From Sphingomonadales bacterium (GTDB lineage: Bacteria > Bacteroidota > Bacteroidia > NS11-12g > UBA955): a stretch of 64,000 nucleotides of DNA. Position 1 is the stretch's first letter. The number at the start of each line of letters is the position of its first letter. The stretch covers positions 2,757 through 66,756 of the forward strand of contig VHBA01000001.1 in NCBI GenBank assembly GCA_016872175.1, in the 5' to 3' direction. Made by a program: the position numbers and the translations under genes. This document shows positions 35,529 to 45,061 of this stretch, piece by piece. The notes under the pieces are model-generated. The model saw only the letters and a program-made list of their open reading frames with translations, was not told the origin of the DNA and did not search any database.

Positions 35529-36200
35529 ATGCCAAAGGTGAAAATGCCCCGCTCGAATCCTACACTGGACATGACGCCCATGGTGGATTTGGCGTTTCTG
35601 CTGGTAACCTTTTTCATGCTCACTTCTAGTTTCAGAACCCCGGAACCGGTGGTGGTAGATCCACCCACAAGTACCACAAAAATCGAAATACCCAAACAGG
35701 TATTTATGATTACAGTAGACAATAAAGGTGGTGCGTTTATAGATATCACCAATGCCGCCGTAAAATCAAGGGTCTTTGAAAAGGTTTGCAATCAGTATGG
35801 TATGAAGGTGGATTCTCTTACCGTGAAGAAATTCGCAGGATCAGGAGCCATCGGGATGAAATTATCATCTATACCACAATACCTGGAGCTGGAAGCCAAT
35901 GAAAGAACCAAGGTAAATCAGACAGGTGTGCCTTATGACACAACCGGGAAAAAAAGTGAATTGTACTGGTGGGCTTTTTATACAAGAACTGAGGCACACG
36001 CCGATTTTAAAATGCGTGAAGAGGAAGCCAAAACCAGAAAACTACCATTCGATAAATCCAATTACATACAGTTTGCGGTAAAAGCAGCATCAGATGCCAA
36101 GTACGACGCCGTGAAGAATGTAATTCAGATTTTCAGGGATGCGAAAGTCAAGCAATTCCAGATGATTACAGGCCTCGAAGCAGAACCATCATTGAAATAA
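35529..36200 (+). CDS. exbD: biopolymer transport protein ExbD/TolR (long form)
   Basis: N-terminus NPTLDMTPMVDLAFLLVTFFMLTSSF matches the ExbD/TolR TM consensus (…D.TPM.DV.F.LLIFFM…). 223 aa including an unusually long periplasmic part. Confidence 0.7.
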   Translation: MPKVKMPRSNPTLDMTPMVDLAFLLVTFFMLTSSFRTPEPVVVDPPTSTTKIEIPKQVFMITVDNKGGAFIDITNAAVKSRVFEKVCNQYGMKVDSLTVKKFAGSGAIGMKLSSIPQYLELEANERTKVNQTGVPYDTTGKKSELYWWAFYTRTEAHADFKMREEEAKTRKLPFDKSNYIQFAVKAASDAKYDAVKNVIQIFRDAKVKQFQMITGLEAEPSLK

Positions 36201-36215
36201 GAAAGGAATAAAAAC

Positions 36216-36848
36216 ATGGCACAAATTCAGGAATCAGGTGGTGGTGGCCACGGTAAAGGTGGTAAAAAAAGAGCCAAAAAATCGAGTACCCATGTGGACA
36301 TGACGCCCATGGTGGATCTGGCTTTTCTGCTGCTTACATTTTTCGTTCTAACCTCCACATTTAGCAAGCCCAAAGTGCTCCGAATGATTTTTCCCGAAAA
36401 GCTTGATAAAATCGACAACGTAAAAGCTCCGGAGGTGAAGGATGGTTTAACCCTGCTGCTAACAGACAAAGACAAAATTTACTATTACAGAGGTTCTTTA
36501 AAACCTACTACTGAACTAATTCCCATCGATTATACCCGCACCGGGCTCAGAAAGGTATTGGTAGATTATAATTCAGATATGTTGCTAAAGCTGCAGGACA
36601 TTCAAAAGCGCATGAACAAGGTTGATGAGAAAGACACTGCGGCAAAAAGGAAGTTGGATGATGAGGTACTTCAAGTACAAACCGCTTCAAAGCAGATTGT
36701 ACTGGTGAAAAATGATGAGGGCGCAACCTACCGCAATATGATTGATGTGATGGATGAGTTTATGATTACCCAAATTGCCAAATACTTCGTTATCGATGAA
36801 GGAATGGCTAAACTGGAGAAAGATCTCATTAAAAAACAAGGAAACTAA
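36216..36848 (+). CDS. exbD: biopolymer transport protein ExbD/TolR (second copy)
   Basis: VDMTPMVDLAFLLLTFFVLTSTF TM block. 210 aa. Confidence 0.7.
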   Translation: MAQIQESGGGGHGKGGKKRAKKSSTHVDMTPMVDLAFLLLTFFVLTSTFSKPKVLRMIFPEKLDKIDNVKAPEVKDGLTLLLTDKDKIYYYRGSLKPTTELIPIDYTRTGLRKVLVDYNSDMLLKLQDIQKRMNKVDEKDTAAKRKLDDEVLQVQTASKQIVLVKNDEGATYRNMIDVMDEFMITQIAKYFVIDEGMAKLEKDLIKKQGN

Positions 36849-36860
36849 AAAGGAGGAAAT

Positions 36861-37676
36861 ATGGCAAACGACATTTTTAACGCATGGGATCAGCCGGAAT
36901 CGGCGGACCGCCTTGCCATGGTTTTTGAAGGACGACTTAAAGATTATGGAGCATTTTATGTTAGAAGCATTTACCGTAAATCCAAGGTTGTTGCTACAGT
37001 CATTGCCTGCTCTGCCGTTTTAATCGCGGCTTCCATCCCATTAATTATTGAAAAAATGGGAGGAAAGGATACAGGGAAGCCATCTAAAATAGTCATTACC
37101 ACCCTGGAAGATGTGAAACCACCCGAAGAGGAAGAGGAGCAACCTAAGGAACAACCCAAAATTGAAGAGCCAGAGCCTATAGCAACCCAGGCTTATGTAG
37201 CACCAATTATTAACGAGCAAACAACCGAGGAATTTGAAACCCCCCCCGTTTCAAGCATTACCAATGCCAGTACCAAAACCCAACAGGGTGTTGACGATCC
37301 TTTTGATGGCTCAACTGGAACAGGTGGCGGCAGTCCGATAGAAGGTAATAATGAACCTGCCTTAATCGTGCAGCGCGAAGCTAAGTTTCCCGGTGGTGAT
37401 GAAGCTTTTAAACGTTTTATTGTTGCAAACTTTGAGTATCCTGAACGCTGCCGCGACGAAGGAATTGAAGGTTATGTGCAACTTAAATTCGTAGTGGATG
37501 TGAATGGAAGAATTTCAAGAATCCAGATCATTCAGCCCACACCTGGTTGCCCTGAATTTGATAAAGAAGCCATTCGCGTGCTACAAAAATGTCCGCCCTG
37601 GATTCCGGCGCAGAATAATGGTAAGTTTCTCACATCATGGAGAACACTGCCAATTCGTCTGTTGCTTCAGCAATAA
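36861..37676 (+). CDS. tonB: energy transducer TonB
   Basis: 271 aa: an N-terminal TM, a Pro/Glu-rich spacer (PPEEEEEQPKEQPKIEEPEP) and a C-terminal TonB domain (AKFPGGDEAFKRFIVANFEYPERCRDEGIEGYVQLKFVVDVNGRIS). A strong Shine-Dalgarno AAGGAGG sits 5 nt upstream. Confidence 0.75.
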   Translation: MANDIFNAWDQPESADRLAMVFEGRLKDYGAFYVRSIYRKSKVVATVIACSAVLIAASIPLIIEKMGGKDTGKPSKIVITTLEDVKPPEEEEEQPKEQPKIEEPEPIATQAYVAPIINEQTTEEFETPPVSSITNASTKTQQGVDDPFDGSTGTGGGSPIEGNNEPALIVQREAKFPGGDEAFKRFIVANFEYPERCRDEGIEGYVQLKFVVDVNGRISRIQIIQPTPGCPEFDKEAIRVLQKCPPWIPAQNNGKFLTSWRTLPIRLLLQQ

Positions 37677-37692
37677 TTAAAATGAAGTGTAT

Positions 37693-37726
37693 TAGGCTGC
37701 TGTATTAAAACAGCAGCCTTTTTTAT
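37693..37726 (+). terminator. rho-independent terminator after tonB
   Basis: AGGCTGCTGtattaaaaCAGCAGCCT followed by TTTTTT. Confidence 0.7.
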
Positions 37727-37873
37727 GAATACCAAACAATGAAATATTTTTACGTTACCATACTTTTGGCAATAAATTGATTGGAATAACATTATTTGAA
37801 TACAAGGTGACCGGTCCTTGTTTTTGTGGGTAATTTTCCGTTCGTATTTCCTGTTGTTTTTGTTGTTTTGAAT

Positions 37874-39361
37874 GTGTTGGAAAATCCCATTCTCCATATT
37901 CAGTCTTTGTCTATTCGCCGTGGTGATAAAACCCTGTCGTTTATTAATGATTTGCAGATTGAAAAAGGTAAAACCCATGGTATAGTAGGTGAAAGCGGCA
38001 GTGGTAAGTCATTGCTTTTGTTGTCTTTGATGGGGCTTTTATCCAAAGAACTGAAAGTAACAGGGTCTATATCGTTTAATACGGAAAGTGGTTCACTGTC
38101 TTTGTTGCGGTCCGGCCCCGAAATCTTAAGAAGCATCAGGGGCAAAACCATGGGAATGGTATTTCAGGAGCCGCTCAGTGCGCTGAATCCACAAAGAAAA
38201 TGTGGTTGGCAGTTGATGGAAGCACTGGAGGTTCACCAGAAAATCAACAATGAAAAAGGGAAGGAGATTTGTTTAAATGCTCTCGCAGATGTAGGTATTG
38301 AGCAGCCCGAAAGAATTTATAATGCCTATCCGCATCAAATAAGCGGTGGACAAAGACAGCGTGTGATGATTGCCATGGCAATCATTCACAAACCTGCACT
38401 GGTGTTGGCCGATGAGCCTACCACGGCGTTGGATCCGGAAACAGCCGAAAAAGTGCTGGAAACCCTGGTGCAGGTTTGCAAAACTATAGGCAGCAGCCTT
38501 GTGCTGGTTAGCCACGATTTGCCACTGGTGAGGAAACATTGCAGCCATATAACCGTCATGCAGCATGGGCAGGCGGTGGTTTCTGGTATTTCAGAAGATG
38601 TGTTTACTGCAGAGCGTATGCATCCGTATGTGAAAGCCCTAATCGATGCATTGCCAATTGGTAAAAGAGATCCTTTGCCCCACGCACCGGAGGTTTTTAC
38701 GGCCCAATATCTGGAAAAGACATACCGGCAGGGTGAAAATGAATTCAGGGCACTGAATAACATCTCATTTACCCTGAAAAAAGGTGAGAGTCTTGCTATT
38801 CTGGGTTTTTCCGGTTCCGGTAAAACCACCTTGGCAAAAATATTAACAGGTCTTGAGACTGCCGATAATGGAAGCGTTTCCTTCAACGGCGAATCTCTGC
38901 TAGATAAAAGACCCACCGGGGTACAAATGGTTTTTCAGGATCCGTTTTCATCGCTGAATACTGAAATTACCAACAGTGAAACCCTACTTGAAGTGCTTAG
39001 ACTGAATGGAACAGCGGCAGAAAAAGCCAATGCAGCAGCAAAGGAATTGTTTAAGCAAGTGGGTTTGGAAGAAAGTATGATAAACCGCTTCCCGCATCAG
39101 TTAAGCGGTGGCCAGAGACAACGACTTTGCATTGCCAGAGCGCTGGCAGGTAATCCACAGGTGCTTGTACTTGACGAGGCGGTAGCCGCCCTTGATCCAC
39201 TTGTGCAAAAACAAATCCTCGATCTTTTGAAAAATATTCAGGTACATACAGGGGTTATCTACCTTTTTATAACCCACAATCCCGCTGCAGCCCGATACCT
39301 TTGTCATCGTTTTATAAAACTGGAGCAGGGCAATTGTGTTTCTGAAGGAAAATACGATTAA
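37874..39361 (+). CDS. ABC transporter ATP-binding protein with two fused nucleotide-binding domains (DppD/OppD-type, YejF-like)
   Basis: Two Walker A motifs (GESGSGKS, GFSGSGKT). Two ABC signatures (ISGGQRQRVMIAMA, LSGGQRQRLCIARA). Two Walker B motifs (LVLADEPTTALD, VLVLDEAVAALD). The start codon is uncertain, GTG at 37874 or TTG at 37877; the track begins at an upstream GTG (37826). Confidence 0.7.
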   Translation: MLENPILHIQSLSIRRGDKTLSFINDLQIEKGKTHGIVGESGSGKSLLLLSLMGLLSKELKVTGSISFNTESGSLSLLRSGPEILRSIRGKTMGMVFQEPLSALNPQRKCGWQLMEALEVHQKINNEKGKEICLNALADVGIEQPERIYNAYPHQISGGQRQRVMIAMAIIHKPALVLADEPTTALDPETAEKVLETLVQVCKTIGSSLVLVSHDLPLVRKHCSHITVMQHGQAVVSGISEDVFTAERMHPYVKALIDALPIGKRDPLPHAPEVFTAQYLEKTYRQGENEFRALNNISFTLKKGESLAILGFSGSGKTTLAKILTGLETADNGSVSFNGESLLDKRPTGVQMVFQDPFSSLNTEITNSETLLEVLRLNGTAAEKANAAAKELFKQVGLEESMINRFPHQLSGGQRQRLCIARALAGNPQVLVLDEAVAALDPLVQKQILDLLKNIQVHTGVIYLFITHNPAAARYLCHRFIKLEQGNCVSEGKYD

Positions 39362-39422
39362 ATTTTAGAATAAATTTGCTTTTTTGAAATATTGCGATTA
39401 ATATCGTAGTTAAAAAGCGTCA

Positions 39423-39932
39423 ATGAGCCTGTTGGATGTAAATATTTCTGAGGACATAAACGTATTAAAAGCGACCAATCCGGTGTTTGTGATCGTTGAT
39501 CAGGAAAATCGTCCCATGGTATTGATTTCGGTGTCCACAGCATACAGCCTGAAGGAATTATCGCAGCTTACAGCATCATTGTATGGCCAGCAAAGGGTGG
39601 ATATGGCCTTTTTTAACATTCCCTTTGAAGCACAGGAGGTTAAAGAAAGAATTGATCAGCTAATGTTGAACGATCCGCCAACTGCCGATAACTTAGAAAG
39701 TGAAGATAATGATCTTGGAAAATTAAAGAAGTTTAAGTCTGTGTTTTCCAATCGTGAGTTGGAAATTCTGCAGCTTATTGCTCTGGAATATACCAATGAA
39801 GAAATTGCCGATAAGCTTTGCCTGGCCAAAAGAACAGTAGATAATCACAGGGTGAATCTCATGCATCGGGTAAATGTAAAAAATACAGCAGGGTTGATTA
39901 GCTATGCCTTTAGAAACGGTCTGGTGGCCTAG
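39423..39932 (+). CDS. LuxR-family HTH transcriptional regulator with an atypical (non-receiver) N-terminal domain
   Basis: C-terminal LuxR/GerE HTH: FSNRELEILQLIALEYTNEEIADKLCLAKRTVDNHRVNLMHRVNVKNTAGLISYA. The ~100-aa N-terminal domain lacks the receiver-domain acidic pocket pattern. Confidence 0.55.
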   Translation: MSLLDVNISEDINVLKATNPVFVIVDQENRPMVLISVSTAYSLKELSQLTASLYGQQRVDMAFFNIPFEAQEVKERIDQLMLNDPPTADNLESEDNDLGKLKKFKSVFSNRELEILQLIALEYTNEEIADKLCLAKRTVDNHRVNLMHRVNVKNTAGLISYAFRNGLVA

Positions 39933-40017
39933 TGTTTGATTAAATAGACGTTTTGCTTATTGGTGGATACCTTACAGTTTGTAAAATAGCTGACTGAAGT
40001 TCCGCAGGATTAGTTTT

Positions 40018-40872
40018 GTGCTTATGGTCGAAAATGTATTTAAGAAATTGGTGGTAATCGTTTTTTGCTGCTCTGCATACAGTCTAGCGGCACAGCAGGA
40101 CGCCAATTATAAAACCTATAAAGTTGTAAAAGGAGATAATTATTATAAAATCTCAAAGAAATTTAACTGTACCGTTGATGAAATACAGCAAGCCAATGAC
40201 AATAAAACGGTGATAAAGGTGGGGGAAACAATACGCATTCCCTCAAAAACAACCTCCAGGACAGATTTATATTCCGCCGCTTACCAAGAACATGTTGTTG
40301 CTAAAGGAGATAACCTGGGAAAAATTGCAGCTAAATATGGCACTACGGTCGAAAACCTCAAAAAGATCAATAATATGTCTGGCGACCAGCTGAAAATAGG
40401 TCAGAAAATTAAAGTTCCGGCCAAACAAAAACCTGTTGAAACGCACAGGGAAAAACCAGTAATTCCCGACCCGGCCATCAATGCTAATGCCAAACCTAAA
40501 GACACAACGGTTAAAAAGCCAACACCTCCAGGTCCTCGCGTAGCCGTGGATGTTAATCCCGGCATGCCTGAAAAGACTGCGGCAGTGATGACTGATTTTG
40601 TCTCGGAGAAAGAAGAAACAGCCATGGCAAAGGTTGTGAAAAGTAAGATGGAAGATACCCGCACACATGTGATGCACCCTACGTTGCCCAAAGGGAATAT
40701 TATTGTTGTACTGAATCCCCAGTCAGGCAGGATGGCTTACTGCAAGGTGGTTGACAACTACACACCCCGTCAGTATGAAGGTTCAGGCCTTATAATGACT
40801 CCGGCTGTGGCTGATAAAATCGGATTGAGTGGCAATATGGCTTCTGTGAAAATTAAGTACGCTGCACCTTAA
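40018..40872 (+). CDS. LysM-domain peptidoglycan-binding protein (two LysM repeats plus a C-terminal domain of unknown type)
   Basis: Signal peptide, then two LysM motifs (YKVVKGDNYYKISKKFNCTVDEIQQAN and HVVAKGDNLGKIAAKYGTTVENLKKIN). A Pro/Lys-rich linker follows. The C-terminal ~80-aa domain may be an RlpA-like DPBB (not verified). Confidence 0.55.
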   Translation: MLMVENVFKKLVVIVFCCSAYSLAAQQDANYKTYKVVKGDNYYKISKKFNCTVDEIQQANDNKTVIKVGETIRIPSKTTSRTDLYSAAYQEHVVAKGDNLGKIAAKYGTTVENLKKINNMSGDQLKIGQKIKVPAKQKPVETHREKPVIPDPAINANAKPKDTTVKKPTPPGPRVAVDVNPGMPEKTAAVMTDFVSEKEETAMAKVVKSKMEDTRTHVMHPTLPKGNIIVVLNPQSGRMAYCKVVDNYTPRQYEGSGLIMTPAVADKIGLSGNMASVKIKYAAP

Positions 40873-40874
40873 AT

Positions 40875-42116
40875 TTGCAGGGCTTTTTGATAAAAGAAAT
40901 TTCAAGGGAAAGAATGATGAAAGCCGCGGTTACTACTGCGGCTTTATCACTTTGTGCCCTGCATTTTTCACCTGCATTGTCGTCGTTGTCGATGTTGGTA
41001 TTCTTTGCGGTACTGCTTGCATCAATAAATATAGAAAGTATTCTGGCTCCTAAACCATTTGTTTTTCTATCGCTGTTTTGGTGCCTTAGTCAATTGATTA
41101 TTCAAACGGATTTTAGTTTTGATGCAGAAACAAACCGAAAGTTATTATTGAGGCTCCCCTTGTTGCTACTACCACTTATTTGGTGTGTAAAACCACTGGT
41201 TTTCCGAAAATATTTTTTCAGCGTAATCTTGATTGCCGGGCTTTTACACACCTGGATTGGTGGTGCCTCGGTTCTCAATTATCTGGCACATTATCGATTT
41301 CTTAATCAGATGGTGCTGGAAAGCAAGCCGCTGCCTCTATACTCGTCTGTGTATCATATAGAGTTCAGCCTGATTTTGGCGGTAGTCTCCTTACTTCAAT
41401 TATCCTGGCTGCGCTATGCGAGCGAGGCCTGGCAGCGCTGGCTGATGGCGGTAAGTATTGTTTTTAATATTGTTTGCCTTCACGTTTTGTCGGCACGTAC
41501 CGGCATGCTTGCCTTTTGGCTTGGTATGCCATTTTTGCTGGGTGAAATGGATTTGCCAACCTGGTTAAGAGGATATAAAAAATGGCTATTGCTATTAATC
41601 CCGGTGCTCTTGGTTTTTTCAATACCATCACTGAGAAACCGCATCATCAATACCATTGACGATATTACAGCGGTTAAACAAAACGCTAACCTCAGCGATA
41701 AAAGTTTCGGTCGACGCTGGGAAGCCTGGAAGGTTGCCGCAGCTATGATTTCTAAGCAACCTTTAACCGGATATGGTATTTCAGGTGTGGAATCAGCCAT
41801 GCAGACAGGTTTTGAAAAAAAAGATTCATACCTGCATGTTACAGATAGGATACAACCTCACAATCAGTTTCTGGAGCTGGCACTGCAGTCTGGGTTGATT
41901 ACAACCTTTTTATTTGTTTTTTGGTTGATAGTATTGTTTGTGCAGTTACGCCGGAAAGCCAATTATGTAGGGCTGGCTGTATTGACTGCGCTTTTTATTT
42001 CAATGTTTTTTGAGAGTTATCTGGAACGTCAATCCGGGGTGGCTATTTTTGTGGTAGCTTTGTTTTTTGTACTTTTTGCTGAAAAAAAGGAAGAACATTT
42101 TTTAAAATCAATATAA
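40875..42116 (+). CDS. O-antigen ligase (Wzy_C)-family polytopic membrane protein
   Basis: 413 aa with about 10 TM helices. The periplasmic-loop block contains the family-typical HNQFLELALQSGL motif. Confidence 0.5.
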   Translation: MQGFLIKEISRERMMKAAVTTAALSLCALHFSPALSSLSMLVFFAVLLASINIESILAPKPFVFLSLFWCLSQLIIQTDFSFDAETNRKLLLRLPLLLLPLIWCVKPLVFRKYFFSVILIAGLLHTWIGGASVLNYLAHYRFLNQMVLESKPLPLYSSVYHIEFSLILAVVSLLQLSWLRYASEAWQRWLMAVSIVFNIVCLHVLSARTGMLAFWLGMPFLLGEMDLPTWLRGYKKWLLLLIPVLLVFSIPSLRNRIINTIDDITAVKQNANLSDKSFGRRWEAWKVAAAMISKQPLTGYGISGVESAMQTGFEKKDSYLHVTDRIQPHNQFLELALQSGLITTFLFVFWLIVLFVQLRRKANYVGLAVLTALFISMFFESYLERQSGVAIFVVALFFVLFAEKKEEHFLKSI

Positions 42117-42135
42117 TTTGCTATCTTTGCAGCCC
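42095..42135 (+). promoter_or_regulatory. Bacteroidota sigma-A type promoter for rpmB-rpmG-DUF4295 (-7 element TAnnTTTG)
   Basis: TATCTTTG at 42122-42129, about 15 nt before the rpmB ATG. The same 14-mer TATCTTTGCAGCCC occurs upstream of rplU. Confidence 0.5.
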
Positions 42136-42143
42136 CAAAAACT

Positions 42144-42377
42144 ATGTCTCGCGTTTGTGATTTAACCGGTAAAAAGGCTCTCAAGGGAAACAATGTTTCG
42201 CATTCTAACAAGAAAACGAAGCGTCGTTTTTATCCTAACCTGCAAACCAAGAAGTTCTTCATTCCCGAAACCGGCGAATGGATTACCATCAAGGTTGCGG
42301 CCAGCACCATGAAGACCATCGATAAAAAAGGCATTTCAGCCTGTATCAACAACCTGTTTAAAAAAGGAAAGATATAA
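42144..42377 (+). CDS. rpmB: 50S ribosomal protein L28
   Basis: MSRVCDLTGKKALKGNNVSHSNKKTKRRFYPNLQ... is a canonical L28. Confidence 0.9.
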   Translation: MSRVCDLTGKKALKGNNVSHSNKKTKRRFYPNLQTKKFFIPETGEWITIKVAASTMKTIDKKGISACINNLFKKGKI

Positions 42378-42380
42378 GCC

Positions 42381-42563
42381 ATGGCAAAAAAAGGAAATCG
42401 TATTCAGGTTATTCTGGAATGCACTGAGCATAAAGGAACAGGTGTAGCAGGTATGAGCCGTTACATCACCACTAAAAATAAAAAAAACACTGCTGAGCGT
42501 ATTGAATTGAAAAAATACAATCCATACCTTAGAAAAATGACCGTTCATAAGGAAATCAAATAA
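42381..42563 (+). CDS. rpmG: 50S ribosomal protein L33
   Basis: [60 protein letters not shown] is a canonical L33. Confidence 0.9.
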   Translation: MAKKGNRIQVILECTEHKGTGVAGMSRYITTKNKKNTAERIELKKYNPYLRKMTVHKEIK

Positions 42564-42721
42564 TGGCAAAGAAAGTAGTAGCAACACTGAAAAAAGAAGG
42601 CGCTGGCAACGATTATGTTAAGGTAATCAAAGCGGTAAAATCCCCCAAAAGCGACCATTACACTTTTCGTGAGGAAATCGTATCTCAGGACGCAGTAAAA
42701 GATTTTTTTAGCAAACCTTAA
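42563..42721 (+). CDS. DUF4295-family small protein (52 aa), not in the ORF track
   Basis: Its ATG overlaps the rpmG stop (TAATG). Translation: [52 protein letters not shown]. This is the small conserved ORF that follows rpmB-rpmG in Bacteroidota. Confidence 0.6.
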   Translation: MAKKVVATLKKEGAGNDYVKVIKAVKSPKSDHYTFREEIVSQDAVKDFFSKP

Positions 42722-42743
42722 AAGAGAATTTTAAACATTAAAT

Positions 42744-42775
42744 TTGAGCTCCTGAAATAGGGGCTCTTTTTATTT
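42744..42775 (+). terminator. rho-independent terminator after the rpmB-rpmG-DUF4295 operon
   Basis: GAGCTCCtgaaataGGGGCTC followed by TTTTTATTTT. Confidence 0.55.
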
Positions 42776-42779
42776 TATA

Positions 42780-43748
42780 ATGTCAATTTTTAACATTTTC
42801 GGCAAAAAGAAGAATCCGGAAGAGGATAAGCAGGAAACCAGAGAGGCACTGCAGCAAACACGCGAACATCTGTTTACCCGCATAGGAAGAGCCTTTGCAG
42901 GGAAATCCACTGTGGATGAGGCTTTTCTGGATGAACTGGAAGAAATCCTCATTACCTCGGATGTTGGGGTAGAAACCACCGTTAAAATTATTGATGCTTT
43001 AAACCAAAAGGTTTCGAGTGAAAAATACCTGGGTCAGCAGGAGCTCAATGACCGTATTTCAGTTGTAATTGCCTCCCTGATGCCCGATATACACGAACCA
43101 GTGCAGCAGGATTTTACACTATCTACTGCAACTAAGCCTTATATAGTGCTCGTTGTTGGGGTGAACGGTGTGGGAAAAACCACTACCATCGGTAAAATGG
43201 CCTGGCACTATACTACACAGGGCAAGAAGGTGGTTTTGGCTGCCGGTGATACATTTAGGGCCGCTGCAGTAGATCAGTTGGGCATCTGGAAAGAAAGAAC
43301 CGGAGCGGAGATTATTAGCCACGGCATGAACACGGATCCGTCATCAGTGGCATTTGATGCTGTAAAGTATGGTGTTGACAACGATGCAGATGTTGTGATA
43401 ATTGATACTGCAGGCCGATTACACAATAAAGTGAGCCTGATGAATGAATTAGCTAAGATGAAACGTGTGGTGCAAAAGTTCAAGGAAGACGCGCCGCATG
43501 AGGTTGTGCTGGTAATTGATGCCACCACAGGACAGAACGCATATGAACAGGCCCGTCATTTTACTGCAGCCACCCAGGTAAATGCACTTGCTGTAACCAA
43601 ACTCGACGGCACTGCACGCGGTGGTGTCGTTATCGGTGTAAGTGAGCAATTTAATATTCCTGTGAAATACATTGGGCTGGGCGAAAAAGCCGAAGACCTT
43701 AAATTGTTTGATAAAAAAGTATTTGTTCAATCCGTTTTTCAGTCATGA
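42780..43748 (+). CDS. ftsY: signal recognition particle receptor FtsY
   Basis: 322 aa. SRP-GTPase blocks VVGVNGVGKTTTIGKMA (G1), DTAGR (G3) and TKLDGTARGG (G4), with an N-terminal acidic helical domain. Confidence 0.85.
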   Translation: MSIFNIFGKKKNPEEDKQETREALQQTREHLFTRIGRAFAGKSTVDEAFLDELEEILITSDVGVETTVKIIDALNQKVSSEKYLGQQELNDRISVVIASLMPDIHEPVQQDFTLSTATKPYIVLVVGVNGVGKTTTIGKMAWHYTTQGKKVVLAAGDTFRAAAVDQLGIWKERTGAEIISHGMNTDPSSVAFDAVKYGVDNDADVVIIDTAGRLHNKVSLMNELAKMKRVVQKFKEDAPHEVVLVIDATTGQNAYEQARHFTAATQVNALAVTKLDGTARGGVVIGVSEQFNIPVKYIGLGEKAEDLKLFDKKVFVQSVFQS

Positions 43749-45061
43749 AAACCCGCAGCCATAAACAACCTCGTGTGAATGTAATAACCCTGGGATGCAG
43801 CAAAAACCTGGTAGATTCTGAGGTAATGATGGGGCAGCTCAAGGCCGGTGAATTTGAGGTAAGCCACGAATCGGATAAAAACGATGCGGATATTGTCATT
43901 ATCAACACCTGCGGATTTATAGAAAATGCCAAACAGGAGAGCATCGATACCATTTTGCGCTATGCGCAGGAAAAATCCGATGGGAATCTTGAAAAACTGA
44001 TTGTTACCGGATGCTTATCGCACCGCTATAAAGACGAATTAAAGGAAGAAATCCCCGAAGTGGATGCCTGGTTCGGTACCCTGGAACTGCCTAATTTATT
44101 GAAAAGTGTGGGTGCCGATTATCGCCATGAACTAATAGGAGAGAGGCTTATCACCACCCCTAGTCATTATGCATATGTAAAAATCAGTGAGGGGTGTAAT
44201 CGTCCCTGTTCTTTCTGTGCCATTCCGCTTATGCGCGGCAACCATGTAAGTAAATCCATAGAACAGCTGGTTTCTGAAATTAAAGGATTGGTGCGAAATG
44301 GAACCAAAGAGGTCATGCTTATTGCCCAGGATTCAACGTATTATGGTCTTGATCTTTACGGCGAAAGAAAGCTGGCAGATTTGCTTAAGCATGTGAGTGA
44401 CATTGAAGGACTGGAGTGGATACGGCTGCACTATGCATTTCCCTCGCAGTTTCCAATGGATGTGATACCGGTGATGGCCAAAAGACCCAATATCTGCAAG
44501 TATCTGGACATTCCCGTTCAGCACGCAACCGATAATATGCTTAAGATTATGCGACGGGGTATTACGCGCAAGCGTACAGAAGACTTGCTCGAAAAACTAC
44601 GGTCTGATATTCCGGGTATTGCACTTAGAACCACCCTGTTGCCGGGGCATCCCGGAGAAACAGAATCGGAATTTGAAGCCTTGTATGATTTTGTAAGAAA
44701 CCAGCGTTTTGACCGTCTTGGTGTGTTTACCTATTCTCACGAAGAAAACACCCATGCCTATAGCCTCTCAGATGATGTGCTAGCCGAAGTTAAGGAGCAG
44801 CGAGCGGCGGCTCTAATGGAATTGCAGATGGGAATCAGCGAAGAAAAAAATGCAGAAAAACTGGGCAAAACTTACAAAGTTCTCTTTGATAGGCTTGAAG
44901 GTGATCACTTCGTTGGTCGAACTGAATCCGATTCACCGGAAGTTGACAACGAAGTATGGGTGGATGCTAAAAATAATTATGTCCGTATGGGTGATTTTGC
45001 CAATGTGAGAATTACCGGATACGGCCCCTATGATTTGCAGGGCGAAATTGTAAAGCCATGA
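43745..45061 (+). CDS. rimO: ribosomal protein S12 methylthiotransferase RimO (MiaB-family radical-SAM enzyme)
   Basis: N-terminal MTTase domain (ITLGCSKNLVDSE...NTCGFIE), radical-SAM CNRPCSFCAIP, and a C-terminal TRAM domain. Its ~438-aa length is typical of RimO. Overlaps the ftsY stop by 4 nt. Confidence 0.7.
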   Translation: MKTRSHKQPRVNVITLGCSKNLVDSEVMMGQLKAGEFEVSHESDKNDADIVIINTCGFIENAKQESIDTILRYAQEKSDGNLEKLIVTGCLSHRYKDELKEEIPEVDAWFGTLELPNLLKSVGADYRHELIGERLITTPSHYAYVKISEGCNRPCSFCAIPLMRGNHVSKSIEQLVSEIKGLVRNGTKEVMLIAQDSTYYGLDLYGERKLADLLKHVSDIEGLEWIRLHYAFPSQFPMDVIPVMAKRPNICKYLDIPVQHATDNMLKIMRRGITRKRTEDLLEKLRSDIPGIALRTTLLPGHPGETESEFEALYDFVRNQRFDRLGVFTYSHEENTHAYSLSDDVLAEVKEQRAAALMELQMGISEEKNAEKLGKTYKVLFDRLEGDHFVGRTESDSPEVDNEVWVDAKNNYVRMGDFANVRITGYGPYDLQGEIVKP

